A stretch of DNA of 64,000 nucleotides from Phaeosaccion multiseriatum (GCA_965112735.1 OZ218952.1:4402001-4466000); one strand, 5' to 3'. Numbered from the stretch's first letter, positions 33,626-45,825 are shown. The notes: generated by a model from the sequence alone, not told the origin. Translations and numbers: made by a program.

Positions 33626-34660
33626 TCAAGACTGGCCACGATGCAGGGGGCGATACGAGACGCTCCCGTCATTGTATGTGAGCACCTCCCACCGCAAATG
33701 CGTGCCCGGCCTTGCTACATCCACAAAAGGCTCCGCGAGATGGGCAGCCTGAACGTCGACCACTTCTTGGGTGCTCCTTGAGAAGCGCTGTACGGTGACG
33801 CGGCGGAGGGGCACCGTGTCTCGCTCAAAGTCTTGGATGGAATAGATCCACCCGTAGAGAAACTTGCCGGATTTACCACTGGCGAGAATCTCGCAGCACT
33901 GCCTCTCCTCCAGCATCAAGGGCCTGATTAGCTCACCCGAGTCGGGGGCCCAGGGGCAGCGCGCCAGACGCTCCGCCTCCGCCTTCTCCTCCGCCCTGCT
34001 CTTCGCCCTCTTAATCTTCCTCAGCTGCTGCAACCGTTCGCCCTCCTCCTCGCTGTTGTAACCGTCCTGTTCCCTCGTCTTGGCTCTCTTCTCCCGTCCG
34101 CGCTTCCTCTTCCTCTTCCTCCTTTTCTTGGCGGCGCTCTCTGCCGCCTCCGCTTCGGCAAAGTGCATCTCGTGTAGCTCCATGCCCCTCGTCACTTCCT
34201 TACGCGGCATATCTTCAAAGTCGAAGCCGTCATCGTACGCAATGGTGTAGCCAGGCGGACCGGCCGGGGTGGTTGGCCAGAAGAGGTCTACTGTGCCGGT
34301 GTACATTTTGCCATCCGGAAATTGCTTCGCGAACCTCTGTCCCACGAGCGCCACTCCCTTCTTGCCCGTGGCTTTCGGCTTCATCACCTTATTCGTCCCA
34401 CTGTTCTCAGGTTTCGCAGCTGCACCCCTGTGGCCGTGAGGAGTGGAAGTGTGTGCCTCACTCTGACCGAAACTACGTCCTGGACTTATACCCGGAAGAG
34501 CACCAACCGGAGGCCCACCAACACCCCCTGTGGACCGTGCACCACTGAGGGAAGGCTCAGCGCCCAGAAGGAAAGGGGTGGTGGCTTTTGCCGTCGCAGG
34601 GGGGGTCGCATGGGCACCAGGATTCATGGCAATCTCGTAAGCTGCCGTCACTGCCTCCAT
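33626..34660 (-). CDS. Hypothetical nuclear protein with a Tudor-like (PTM/DIR17-type) domain
   Basis: 344-aa ORF; LVGQRFAKQFPDGKMYTGTV...YTIAYDDGFDFEDM..KEV; basic NLS-like KKRRKRKRKRGREKR. Start codon uncertain (in-frame TGA just upstream). Confidence 0.65.
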   Translation of the reverse strand: MEAVTAAYEIAMNPGAHATPPATAKATTPFLLGAEPSLSGARSTGGVGGPPVGALPGISPGRSFGQSEAHTSTPHGHRGAAAKPENSGTNKVMKPKATGKKGVALVGQRFAKQFPDGKMYTGTVDLFWPTTPAGPPGYTIAYDDGFDFEDMPRKEVTRGMELHEMHFAEAEAAESAAKKRRKRKRKRGREKRAKTREQDGYNSEEEGERLQQLRKIKRAKSRAEEKAEAERLARCPWAPDSGELIRPLMLEERQCCEILASGKSGKFLYGWIYSIQDFERDTVPLRRVTVQRFSRSTQEVVDVQAAHLAEPFVDVARPGTHLRWEVLTYNDGSVSYRPLHRGQS

Positions 34661-35031
34661 CGAGGATCAGGCCTCACTCCTCGGAAGGGAAGCCCTGGGT
34701 GTCTCCGGAACCACTCGCTACTGCTTCAGCATGCCTCAAGCCTTCCCGAAGCCGGTATTTCCGCTGAGGAACTGCTTAATCCATCTCCATGGCTCGGGCT
34801 ACAGTTGGGGTGGAAATAAAAAGGCGTGTCGTTCAAGCCGTCAACCCCGCATGTGTCTTCAGCCCAGGGCCAACCCGACACGATGATCTTACGCTAGCGT
34901 TGCTTCTGTTCTTCTGGCATTGTAGTGTCTTGAGAGAGAAGGGGGATAAGGTTTGGGGATCGTTTGGGGGAAAGGAGGTTCTAAAAGTAAAAAAAACAAA
35001 GCCCCCCCCCTCCCCCAGAGGACAGAGAGCC

Positions 35032-36041
35032 ATGTCGAAGACTCAAGCGGCCGATGGCTTCACGGCCTCGACCACCGCCACGGTAAAAATAACTGCCTCC
35101 GCCAAGCCTCGCAGCCTGGGAAGCAGCAGAACGAGAGGTGGTACCTGTGACGCTTTCCTCGCCTCCATCTGCACGCCGCTGCGGCCTCTGAAGCTGTCGG
35201 CCGAGGTCAATGCCTGGGTCCAGCGCTGGACCTGGCTCGTAATCACGGTCGAGCTCGCACGGCTGATCGTGCCAAGGGCGATAAGGCGTAGAATGGCGCA
35301 AGGAGGTGCTTTTCTGCTCGCATTGGCGGCAGGTGGTGGAGGAGGGGGGGAAGAGGCATGGTTCACAGGTAGAAGTACGCCCACAAGCTACGTGGAAGTG
35401 GCCGAGTGGATACGCAGGAAGATAGGCAACGACGCGGACCTTCCCCAGGTGCGTGTGCTCTGTGAGAGCGAGTGTTCCAGCATTCCTTATCTCTATCTGA
35501 ACGTGGGGTGGAGGGACTGAGCATGGATTTGACCTCCTGGCAGCCTAGGCAAGTATGGTCTCTACCTCCAGCTCGTGTCTTCTCCTTCATCCCCCACTTC
35601 TCTGCTTCCCCACCATTGCCACCACTTTCTTCCATCCATTGCCACACGAAAGGTTGGAATCGTGTGCGGTTCGGGATTGGGAGGGATCACGCAACACATC
35701 GACAAGAACGCATGCCTCCACATCCCGTACCGAGACATCCCAGGATTTCCGCAGCCCTCCGTTCAGGGCCATGGAGGGGAGCTGCTCATCGGCCCCTGCT
35801 GGCCTCCCACCAACGGCCATAACGGCGGCGATGGGCAGGCACGCGGAGGAGGCGTGAACGTGATATGCTTCACCGGGCGATTCCACCTGTACGAAGGCTG
35901 CTCTCCGGCCACCCTCGCCCTCCAGGTCAGTTTCAGTCGAGAGTCCAGAGTCAGGGAGGGCTCTTTGCAGCACGCGTGTCACATGACAACAACAGCGCGA
36001 AGGGACGACGGAGGAGCTGCACTGCGTGTACTGTCTCTCTC

Positions 36042-36078
<37 letters not shown>

Positions 36079-39000
36079 TTGTGTGTGTGTGTGCGTGCGT
36101 ATGCAGCAAGCCCTCTGTACCTGGTAGTGTTGTTGCACAGTACGTAGGGCCAGTCAGTAAGTCAGTAAGAGGTCTCTCTCTCTCTCTCTCTCCGTGTGTG
36201 TGTGGTGCTCACACTTGAATGCGTCTCTCGTAACTCATAGGAGCCCTCCTCCCCCTCTTCCTCCTCCCCCTCTCCACCCCCTCCCCCTGTGTCGCCCCCT
36301 CCCTCAGGTGCGGATAATGCGGCTACTTGGTGTCAGGCTCGTGGTACTCACCAACGCAGCGGGGGGGCTCAATCCAGGCAAGAAGCAGGAGTGTCGAAGA
36401 GTGCGTGGCAAGAAGGCTGTTGTGGTGTCTTGGCGCGGCCCCCCTCCGAGATGCTGTATTCTCGATTGATTGACGTATCCTACTGCTTGCTCTTCTGCCT
36501 GTCGACCTGCTCGTCCTGGGCCTTCCTTCCTTCCTTCCTTCCTTCCTTCCTTCCCCCTCTCTCTCAGCTTTGAAGGAAGGCGATCTGATGCTCATGACGG
36601 TGAGAGCAAAGGCGAGCACGCGAAGGGCGAAGACGAAACGCGGGGGGGGGACGGGGAGGGGAGAGGAGGGAAGGAGGGGGGAGAGGAGGATTCCGCTGTT
36701 TCTTCTTCTCGGTCCAGGCCCTACATACCCTCTCAGACGAAAGAGAGCAGTGAACACACCTCGCCCCGCAGAGCCCCACAGAGTCGCACAGTTACTGTAG
36801 AGCACCTCAACTGAACTCGCTCCTCCCCCACTCTCCTCCCTCCTCTGTCACATCTCCCCTCCCCTTCTCTCCTCTCTCCTCTCTCCTCTCTTCCCTCCCC
36901 TCTCTCTCCCTCCCTCTGCAGGACCACTGGAGCCTGCCCGAGCTAACGACCTCTAACCCGCTTGTGGGGCCGAACGAAGCTGCTCTAGGCCCTCGCTTTG
37001 TGGCTCAGTCGGACACATACGACCCTACCCTCATCAGTATGGCGAGGGAGAGCGCACTTGCATCGGGGATGCCCGCAGAAGACTTGCACACGGTAAGCTC
37101 ACGGGCAGTTACAGAGGGTATAGGGTGTTGGGTATGGGGTATAGGGTATAGGGTATAGGGTATAGGGTATGGGGTATGGGGTATAGGGTATGGGGTATAG
37201 GGTATAGGGTGTAGGGTATAGGGTATGGGGTATAGGGTATAGGGTATAGGGTATAGGGTATAGGGTATGGGGTATAGGGTATAGGGTATGGGGATGGGGG
37301 ATGGGGTATGGGATAGGGTATAGGGTATGGGTTATGGGGTATAGGGTATGGGGTATAGGGTATAGGGTATAGGGTATGGGGATGGGGTATAGGGGATAGG
37401 GTATAGGGTATAGGTTGTAGGGTAAAGGGCAAAGGGTTTAGGGTACAGGGTGTGGGGTCTGGGGTGCGACGGGCATGGGATATAGAATAAAGTGTAAAGG
37501 GCAAAGGGTATAGGGTATAGGATATAGGGACAGGGTAACGAGTGTAAGGTATACGGAATAGGTTATGCATACGTACCATTCGATGCTGTGTGTATTGTGT
37601 GTGCGTGCGTGCGTGTGTTAAGTAAATACCTCTCAACCCGCCGCGCCGCTCCCTCTCTCCTCCCCTTCTCTCGACCCCTCCCTCCCTTCCTTCCCTACCC
37701 CCCCCCCCCCCCGTCCTTCCTGCATAACACAGGGCTGCTACGCCCAAGTGTGCGGTCCCAGTTACGAAACCGACGCGACCGCCCTGTGGCTGAGAGATGC
37801 CGTAAAAGCCGACGCCGTCGGAATGTCCACATGCCCTGAGGTGCGAGGCAGAGGTCGAGGGGGAGGGAGGCGGACAGCAAGGGGAGGGGTAATATATGGT
37901 ACTGATCTCCCGAAACTCCCATCGGTTGGCCAATGTTGTCTTGTTCTTCTAACACGAGCATATCTTTCGTTCTGCTCCTTTCCCCGCTCCCCTTTCCCCT
38001 ACTCCCCACTCCCCCGCTCCCCTCTCCTTTGCTCCCTCCCCGCCCCCACCAAGGCTCTGGCGGCGAAGCACTGCGGCATGAGAGTGCTAGGGATGTCCGT
38101 CATCACTAACGTCATTGCCCTTGAGCAGCGCAAGGACGAACCCGAAGAGGCAGCGGCAGGGGAAGCAATTGGTGGTACAGAAGCAGGAGCAGGGGCAGAG
38201 GCAGGGGCGCTACCCGCTCGCTTGGCACCCACAGAAGGTAAGGCACAGTCGTGCGTGCGTGCGTGCGTGCGTGCGTGCGTGTGTGCGTGCGTGTGTGTAT
38301 GTGTGTGTGTGGCTCCTGAGGCAGGATGAGATCGCAGAGTCGTGGCGCTTTCCTTCTGAGGAAGGGTAACGCGCGCTGTCTACATTCTCCCGTATCTCTT
38401 TTACCGCTCACGCACGCACTCTCTCTCTCTCTTTCTCTCTTGCTTGTACCTCGCACACACACATGCTCACTCACCCATCCTCTCTCCCTCTCTCCAGGGC
38501 TTGCTTTCGCTCACTCTTTCCCATCTCTCCCTCCATGCCTTGCTTTCACTCACTCCCTCCCTCTCTCTCTCCACCTCTCCACCCCTCCCCATCCTCCCTT
38601 GGCGATGACAGTGGTGAACCACGACGAAGTGCTGCAGGTGACAGGGGCGTGTGCGGGCAAGGTCAGCGCCCTCTTGGGCAGGTCAGTGAGTCAGAGTCAT
38701 GGGGTCTACGTGACGAGTTTTTGAGTATTGGGGAGTCTGAGTGAGTGTGTGTCTAAATCTGAGTATTGAGTCTGATGTACGAGGAGTATAAGAGAGTCGG
38801 TTTGTCCCCCGCCCTCCCCCTCCGCCGCCCCTCCTTGTAGGCCGAAAGATGAGTCGCATCGCTCAAGTCCCTCCTCGGTTCTGACACACACTTTCGGTAG
38901 CCCTCTTCATTCCCTTTTCGATGCTCCTCTGATGTTTGATCTTGGCACCTTCACCTTCGTGCCTCACGTATACATTCACGTATTCGCCACCCCCCCAGGC

Positions 39001-39440
39001 TCCTGACCGAGGCGTCCATCGGCCCATACCTGGCCCAGTCAGAGCCAGAGTCGCCCCCTGCCGGCGAGGATAGGGTGCCCCTCCTGCTGCTGCGTGCTCT
39101 CGTAAAGGACCGGGCTCGGAGGCGTCAGAAGAGGCTCCTGTATACCATCACCGCCGCTCTCGGGGTCAGCGCGTTGTCCGCTTTGGCGACGAATGCGCTG
39201 GCAGCGCTCTTGTCCGACGGCGGTGGAGGGGGGCGGGGCAAGAGCTGGTGGTACAGTGCGCCAGGGGCGGGTGGAGGTGCGGCTGCAGGTGGTGGTGGTG
39301 GTGGTGGCGGCGGCGGTGCAGGGGGGGGGGGTGTTGCTGGTGTTGGTGGTGTTGGTGGTGGCGGTGGGGCAGGTGGAAGCCTGAGCCTGGACCTTGGTCC
39401 GGAATCGTTCTTCACCGATCTGCGAATCGTCAAGATTTGA
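35032..39440 (+). CDS. PNP: Purine nucleoside phosphorylase (trimeric PNP family) with N-terminal extension and C-terminal hydrophobic tail, 9 exons
   Basis: Exons 35032-35448, 35653-35925, 36308-36377, 36568-36599, 36922-37092, 37733-37840, 38054-38237, 38612-38681 and 38999-39440. Motifs GIVCGSGLG, IPYRDIPGFP.PSV.GH.G, GRFHLYEG, TNAAGGLN, NPLVGPN...GPRF, GPSYET, DAVGMST.PE, SVITN, HDEVL. Confidence 0.93.
37116..37530. repeat. (GGGTATA/GGGTATG)n heptamer array, telomere-like, in PNP intron 5
   Basis: Tandem TATAGGG/TATGGGG units that degenerate towards the 3' side. Confidence 0.85.
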
Positions 39441-39619
39441 GGAGGAGGAGGAGGAGGAGGATGATGATGAGGAGGAGGAGGAGGAGGAGGAGGAGGAGGA
39501 GGAGGAGGGGGATGATGATGATGAGGAGGATGATGAGGAAGAAGAGGACTGAGGAGGAGCCCGGACACGGACTCTGAAGTGAGAGCTCTCTCTCTCTCTC
39601 TCTCTCTCCCTCTCTCTCC

Positions 39620-39660
<41 letters not shown>

Positions 39661-40456
39661 TCTCCCTCTCTCCCTCTCTCTCTCTCTCTCTCCGCCCGTA
39701 CATACAGAGTGCGCGCAGCGGGCTTCGTTTCGAAGCAGCCTAACCATGTGAATGGTCTGGTCTTTGTTGGTCTTTTGTTGGTCTTTGTTGTCATCGGGCG
39801 GCATTCCGCCTGTGCACTAGTGGCATGAGGAGCAAAGTGCAACAACCACGGCCGCAGCAGCAGTAGCAGCAGCAGCGAAAGAGCAGAAGCAGTTCTGGAG
39901 GTAGGCCCACGGAGGATGGGTGTCGTGAAGCAACGCGCCGAGAAGATGCCACCATCAGTGAGAGGCTTTGGAGTGAACGACGTAACCAACAAGCAGGTGG
40001 ATGGAAGGCATTGGGGCCGGCAGCAAGGGAAGGCACACCTACTCTCTCCCGCTGAGGCCCACCAGCCGCAGATTCGCGAGCTTCGCGGGAAAGCGGGCAC
40101 GTCATAGCTTGCCTACGTGCGTGACGTCTGTCGGAGCCTAGGTTGGCCAAGTTGGGTGTCTGATTGGGGGCCTTGAGGTGGGGTTAAAGCGGTTCGACTG
40201 CATGTGTATCACAGCACATTACTGCTTGGCACAATGCACCGGGGAGCCAATAAGAGGGACGGCTGGAACGGGGCCTGACGCCATCTGTGAGGAAGGCCTG
40301 GCTGGAGCGACGAATGGAGGACATCACCGCACCTTTGCTGGCAGGAGGAAGAGGAGGAGGAAGACAAGGAAGTGGAAGCTGCTCAGCAGCAGGCGGCTGC
40401 GGTGATGATGTCTGCCTGGGCGAGGCAAGACCAACTCGAGGACAACCTCAGCGCCC

Positions 40457-40528
40457 TCGAGGCACACCCACTCACTGTTGGGGTTCGAGGCATACCCACT
40501 CACTGTTGGGGTTCGAGGCACACCCACT
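40457..40528. repeat. 28-bp tandem repeat, about 2.6 copies (TCGAGGCAYACCCACTCACTGTTGGGGT)
   Basis: Direct tandem copies. Confidence 0.8.
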
Positions 40529-41073
40529 GGTTGGGGTTTGGCTTCCTCTCACCAGCAACGCACCTTTCTGCTCCAGGCAATGGAGAGAAGGTGGTTGCTG
40601 ATTTTGATGGGGAGGGCGGTAGGAGGAGGAGCCAACAACCGCAGAGTCGACTTCAACTTTTAATTAGTCCCTCTCTCAGACTGCAGCCGAAGCAAGGCGG
40701 CGAATTGATCGCTGAGTAAGCAGCGGCCTCGCTCGCCCCACAGCACCACGACCCAAGGCCCGGAATGGATGGTTCTGAAGAGAAGGGAGGGGAGGGACGG
40801 CCGAATGATTGATTCTTTGTTCGTGTGCGGCGGTATGTTCCTTTTTCATTTAAAATTATGTTACTTTATTTTTTCATTTTAAAATAAAATAAAATTAAAA
40901 TAATTAATCTTTAATTTACATAAATTGTGTAGTATTTTACAATGTTGGAACTACGATAGCTATGAAAAGCTACAGTGTGCACTTTCTCTAATTTCGATCG
41001 TCTTGGGGTCGCGTCATCGTAAGTCGGACCGTGTCGGTTCTCAATCCGCACCTCTCAAGTGGCTCTCAAGCCC

Positions 41074-43606
41074 TCAGGCACCTTCACCTTCACCTTTAGG
41101 GCTGCGCGGCTTGCTCTCCTCTGTCCTTATCCGCCCCTTGGGGCTGTATTGGTGGATGGCCTGCTTCCTCGACTCGCAGAACTCTCTCTCCTTGTCCAAA
41201 ACCCACCTCCGTTCGGGCGGGGGCAAAAGGTCCGCCATCTTCTCGACGAGGGTCTCTCGCCGCACAGGCTTGGTTGCAAAGTCGTTCCCGCCCGCCTCCC
41301 TACACTCCCAGACGGCCTCCGTCGAGCAATCCGCAGTGAGGAAGATGATAGGCGTGTCTTTACAAGGGCCGTCACCAGCTCTCAGCTCTCGAGCGGCGTC
41401 GATGCCGTCCATCACCGGCATGACCTTGTCCAGCAGGATCATAGAGAAGTGCTGCTGGCCACACGAATCCACCGCTTGAAGGCCGGTATCCGCACACTCC
41501 ACGGGCAGACCCAGCGAGCCCAGCAGCTTGCTCAGCACCATTCGATTGACCCTGTTATCGTCCACCACTAGCACGCTGGGAGGACGAGGGGCTTCCCCAC
41601 AGATGCTCCCTGCGATCAGTCTGTCGGCAGAGACTTCGTCCTCGCGGGGAATCGTGATCGCTCCCGACTCGTCGCCCATGTCCTCGCTGCTGTTCGCGTT
41701 TGGAGCCTCGCCTTCCACTCGTATACCGTCTCTCGTGTGCACTCGCCGATAGGCCACTGTATCTTCCTCTTTGTCGCGTTGCTGGTCTTTCCCTGACACT
41801 GCTTCCACGCTATTGCTGGCTCCGAGCCCGGGCCAGGCGGATACTGGCGTGCGAAGCTTGCCTTCCACGTTGAAGGTGCAGCGAAACTCCGACCCCTTGC
41901 CCAACACCGACGAGCAGGTCACGTCTCCCCCCATGGCCCGAGCAAGGGCGTCGGAGATGGCCAGCCCCAGGCCAGTGCCCTGTATGTTGGGAGTTGCGCT
42001 GCTGTCGTGCACCTGGACAAAGGGTTTGAACAGGCGCTCCACCGCGTCGGGTGCCATCCCGATGCCCGTGTCGCATACAGTGAGGAGAATCATCACTTCC
42101 TCCTCTGACTCGCCGCTCGTCTGTGTGGCGTCCAGAAAAAGATCGATGGAGCCGTGCCTTGTGAACTTCATTGCGTTGCTGATGAAGTTGTTGAACAGCT
42201 GTCGAATCCGCACGTCGTCGCCAACCACCCTACCCCGTGGAACACTGCTCCCGATGGTGAGGCTCATGCTGGAGAGCGACGAGGTGCCCGTCGTATGGAG
42301 GATGGTCCACGCGCTCTCCACCATCTCCACCGCGAGCGCATCGAGGCGGAACGTCCTCTTCGCTATCTCAATCTTGCCCGCCTCGATCTTGCTCATGTCG
42401 AGAATGTTGTTCACCAAGCTGAGCAAGGTGGATGAGCAAGAGTGTATCACGTTGACGTAGGGCAGCACCGAGGCGGGAAGATCGACGCTTTCAAGCAGTT
42501 GGGCCATTCCCACGATACCATTCATGGGCGTGCGAATCTCGTGCGTAATGGAGCGGAGGAAGCGCGACTTGGCCGAAGAAGCCTCTCTTGCGATCGCTGC
42601 TTCTTCCTTCCTTTGGGCCTGGAGCAAGAAATTGCGACGTTCCCACAAGCAGAGTAGCGTAAGTAGCGCACACCCCCCCGCCATTACACCGTAGTACTCC
42701 CACGGAAGGCCTCGCTTCACGAGGCGATGCGGGGTAGTGGCCGTTTCCACATAAAAGGACATTTCGGAGTCGGGACGCGGCCGTCTCGAACTCAGAGCGA
42801 GCTGCCGCAGGCACTCGGCTCGTGTAGACAATACCCTTTCCTTCCGACGTGCCCGGGGTGGTCAAGTCAGAGTATTGGCCCAATGTAAGGTTGCCGCCAC
42901 CACCCCACGTCTGCAGGGCCAAGCGGATGATTTCGCTCTCGCTGTCTGAAGACGTGAGTCGGTTGAAGACTGTGGTCTGAAGGAAGGCAACGTCGGCTCT
43001 GTAGGCGGTCATCTCCTCTCTCTCCAGAGATTTGGCATACTCCATCGCAACAAAGTGGGTAGCTACGAGCCCCACACACAGCAGCAAGAAAATACGGAGG
43101 CGTCTCAATGCCCTCTCGGACTGGCCCTTCTTCCCATTCTTGTTGTTGCTGCCCTCTCCTCCGTCTCCTTTTACATCCACACTTTGCCATTGGGCGACTT
43201 TTTTAACCTCACCAGGCGCGTCAGTAGGTGCTCTTCGGGCTCCTCTTTCATCGTCACCCCCCCCCAGCTCGTAGTTCTTCTTGCTGGGGTAAGAGGGATA
43301 CAACAGGTGACCTCGTTGTTTCTCTCTTTCCTCCTCCTCGACTCTACTACCCTTCCTCTCTGCTTTCGCTGACATCGACAGCGGTGGCATCCTCTGCGGT
43401 GAACAATCCCTAGGACCTCCATCGCGTGAACCATCATGAGTGGGGCGCCGAGCCGCCGGTTGAAATCCAGGAGCTTCTCCGGCTGGTGCTGTCGCAGCTG
43501 CCTCTGGTGATGCCTCCTTCCCTTCACAGCCAATGCTTCTGTCATGGAGGGGCAGCACTGCTCTATCGCTAGTACTGCGGGTCGGTAACCTCCAAAACGA
43601 CCTCAT
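41074..43606 (-). pseudogene. Intronless hybrid sensor histidine kinase (TM, partial CHASE, TM, HisKA, HATPase, REC), frameshift near 42760-42780
   Basis: H-box ITHEIRTPMNGI, N-box RQLFNNFISNAMKFT, G1 DTGIGM, F LFKPFVQ, G2 GTGLGLAIS; receiver VLVVDDN, ILLDKVMPVMDG, FLTAD, ATKP. The upstream frame supplies a TM helix and a CHASE-like start (GIVYTSRVPAAARSEFE). The kinase-receiver ORF 42831-41074 is itself intact. Confidence 0.85.
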
Positions 43607-43694
43607 ATCGGAGGTGTGAGGAATGTGCACAAAAAGAGCACAAAGAAAACCGACGAGATTTCCGAAACTGTAGAAAAAAAGAAAGAGTACGACG

Positions 43695-43760
<66 letters not shown>

Positions 43761-43970
43761 ATGTGTGTACATTCAAATTGTGCCCGCGCGAGGGTTTTGG
43801 CCTCAGATGTACTGCACAGTCCAAATTATAGGAAAAAATCGAATGATACGGACAGAAAATCAGACACATCGACACGATGAAAATGCGCCGCAGGACCCAA
43901 CAAGAACAACGGAAATCAGGAGTTGGAGAATGAAGGAGGACGCTCCTCGCTACGATTACGAAGATATATG

Positions 43971-45790
43971 CTAGAGCAGAACGAGGCTGGCTCTGGAGTT
44001 GAGCTCGGGCGAGAGCTCCTGCTGCCCCACACCAATGACAAAGCAAAGCCCCTCCTTACGCAGGGCAGATCGGTCGGTGGAAAAGGTGGTCATGGACGGC
44101 GTATCTTCCACCAACTCCCTGAGGACCATCTGCTCCTCCGGTCCACCCTCTGCCCTCACCTCGATCACCACAAGACCGGCCCCAGACCCTCCTCCTCCTC
44201 CTCCTCCTCCTCCTCCTCCTCCTCCTCCTCCTCCTCCTCCTCTGCCTCCCCCCCGCCCCCCGTCCTTGCTGACTGCCTGGCGAATTTCGTCCCGGAGATT
44301 GGCGGTTTCTTCGCCATCGTACAGTGATCGAGTCATCTTCATGAGGCCTGCATCAATCCCGGTGAGGGTGGTGACGCCGTCGACTCCTCCCAGACTGGCG
44401 ACAAGGGCACGCACTAAGCCAAAGTCACGGGCTAACACCACCGCAGGAGCCAACTGTAGAGGTTGATGATATTGGATGGATTTGATTTGCACAGACAGGA
44501 AAGGAGGCGAGGAGAGGACAAAGGAGTTATGTATCAGTCAGTAAGTAAATATCAGGAAAGGACGAGAGGAGGGGCCGCACAGATACCAGTCAAGAGCTAC
44601 TAGGAAAGAAGGGAGAGGAGAGGAGAGGACACAGGTACATCAGTCAGCGAGCGTAGCGGAGGAGCGGAATGGGGCGCTGGTCTCAGACCGTTTGTCATAG
44701 CGGAAAATACAAAACACTACACCCTCCGTCTCTCCCTCCCTCCCTCCTCCCTCCCTCCCTCCCTACCCTCCCTCCCTCCCCTCCCCCACTCACCGTGCCC
44801 TGCAAAAAATACTCAATGACATGAGGTAAATCGCCCAACGGACGGTCGGGAAGTGCCTCCCTGAGCCGCCCGATGGCATCCTCGGCCCTCTTGTCTCTCT
44901 CCTTCACGAGGCCGAGGCCGCCCACAGGGAACAGGTTGTCGTGAGCGCCGACGCGGAGGCTGACCTTCGCTGCTCCTTCCAAAGCGTTACCGTCAGTGTT
45001 AGCGTCACTCCCCCGTCCTCCTCCTCTTCCTTCTTTTTCACAGAGCAAGGTAATGTCCACCCCCTCTCTGCTTCTTTCTTCAGTACTGCTGCTGCTACCG
45101 CTGATGCTGCTGCCATTGCTGTTGTTGTTTTTGCTGCTGCTGCTGCTGCTGCTGCTGCTCTCTATCCGAAAGGCGAAGGAGAGCACTGGAGGTGGTCCAC
45201 AAGCAGTCCCTGCAGTCTTGTTGCTGACAATGGTCTTGCCGTCACCATCATCATCATCATTCTCCTCCTCCTCCTCCTCCTGTTGCTCCTTCTCCTTACC
45301 CACACCCTTGCCGTTGTCCGCCAGCCTCTTGATTAGTCTCAGCGTGGCCATGTGTGCCGCCCAAAATGCTATGCACCGTGCATGCCGGACCAATGGCCGC
45401 ACTGGGGGGCCACAGAGGGCAAAAGTAAGGACAAGGGCAAGGGCAAGAACAAGAATAAGAGGGGGAGAGCGAGGGAGAAATGAACGAACAGGGGCGTCAG
45501 TGCACATGAGGGGGAGGGAGGCCGAGGGTGAAGCTCTTCTCCGTCAAGAAGAACAAGAAGAAAATATAGCAGCCAATCTCCCTCTTCTTCCTCTAACAGC
45601 GGGGCTCTCCTCTTCCCAACAACGAAGAGACTTGCCCATTCACTCCTCCCTTGCATCTTACCATCGCCTTGCCCGACGGGTGTCTGCAGGGCTTGCAAGT
45701 CCACGTGTATGCCCACCGCATCGTCGTCGTCGCCAGCCGTTGCAACTGCCACTCCGCCCTCCTTTGCCCTCTCCTCCGGCTGTATCACCA

Positions 45791-45825
<35 letters not shown>

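Noticed and set aside
39580-40720. Additional gene or extra PNP exon (acceptor near 39707 followed by a hydrophobic peptide; short ORFs to 40719)
   Set aside because: The upstream donor frame contains an in-frame TGA and no coherent spliced ORF or homology could be built. It may be UTR or a decayed gene.
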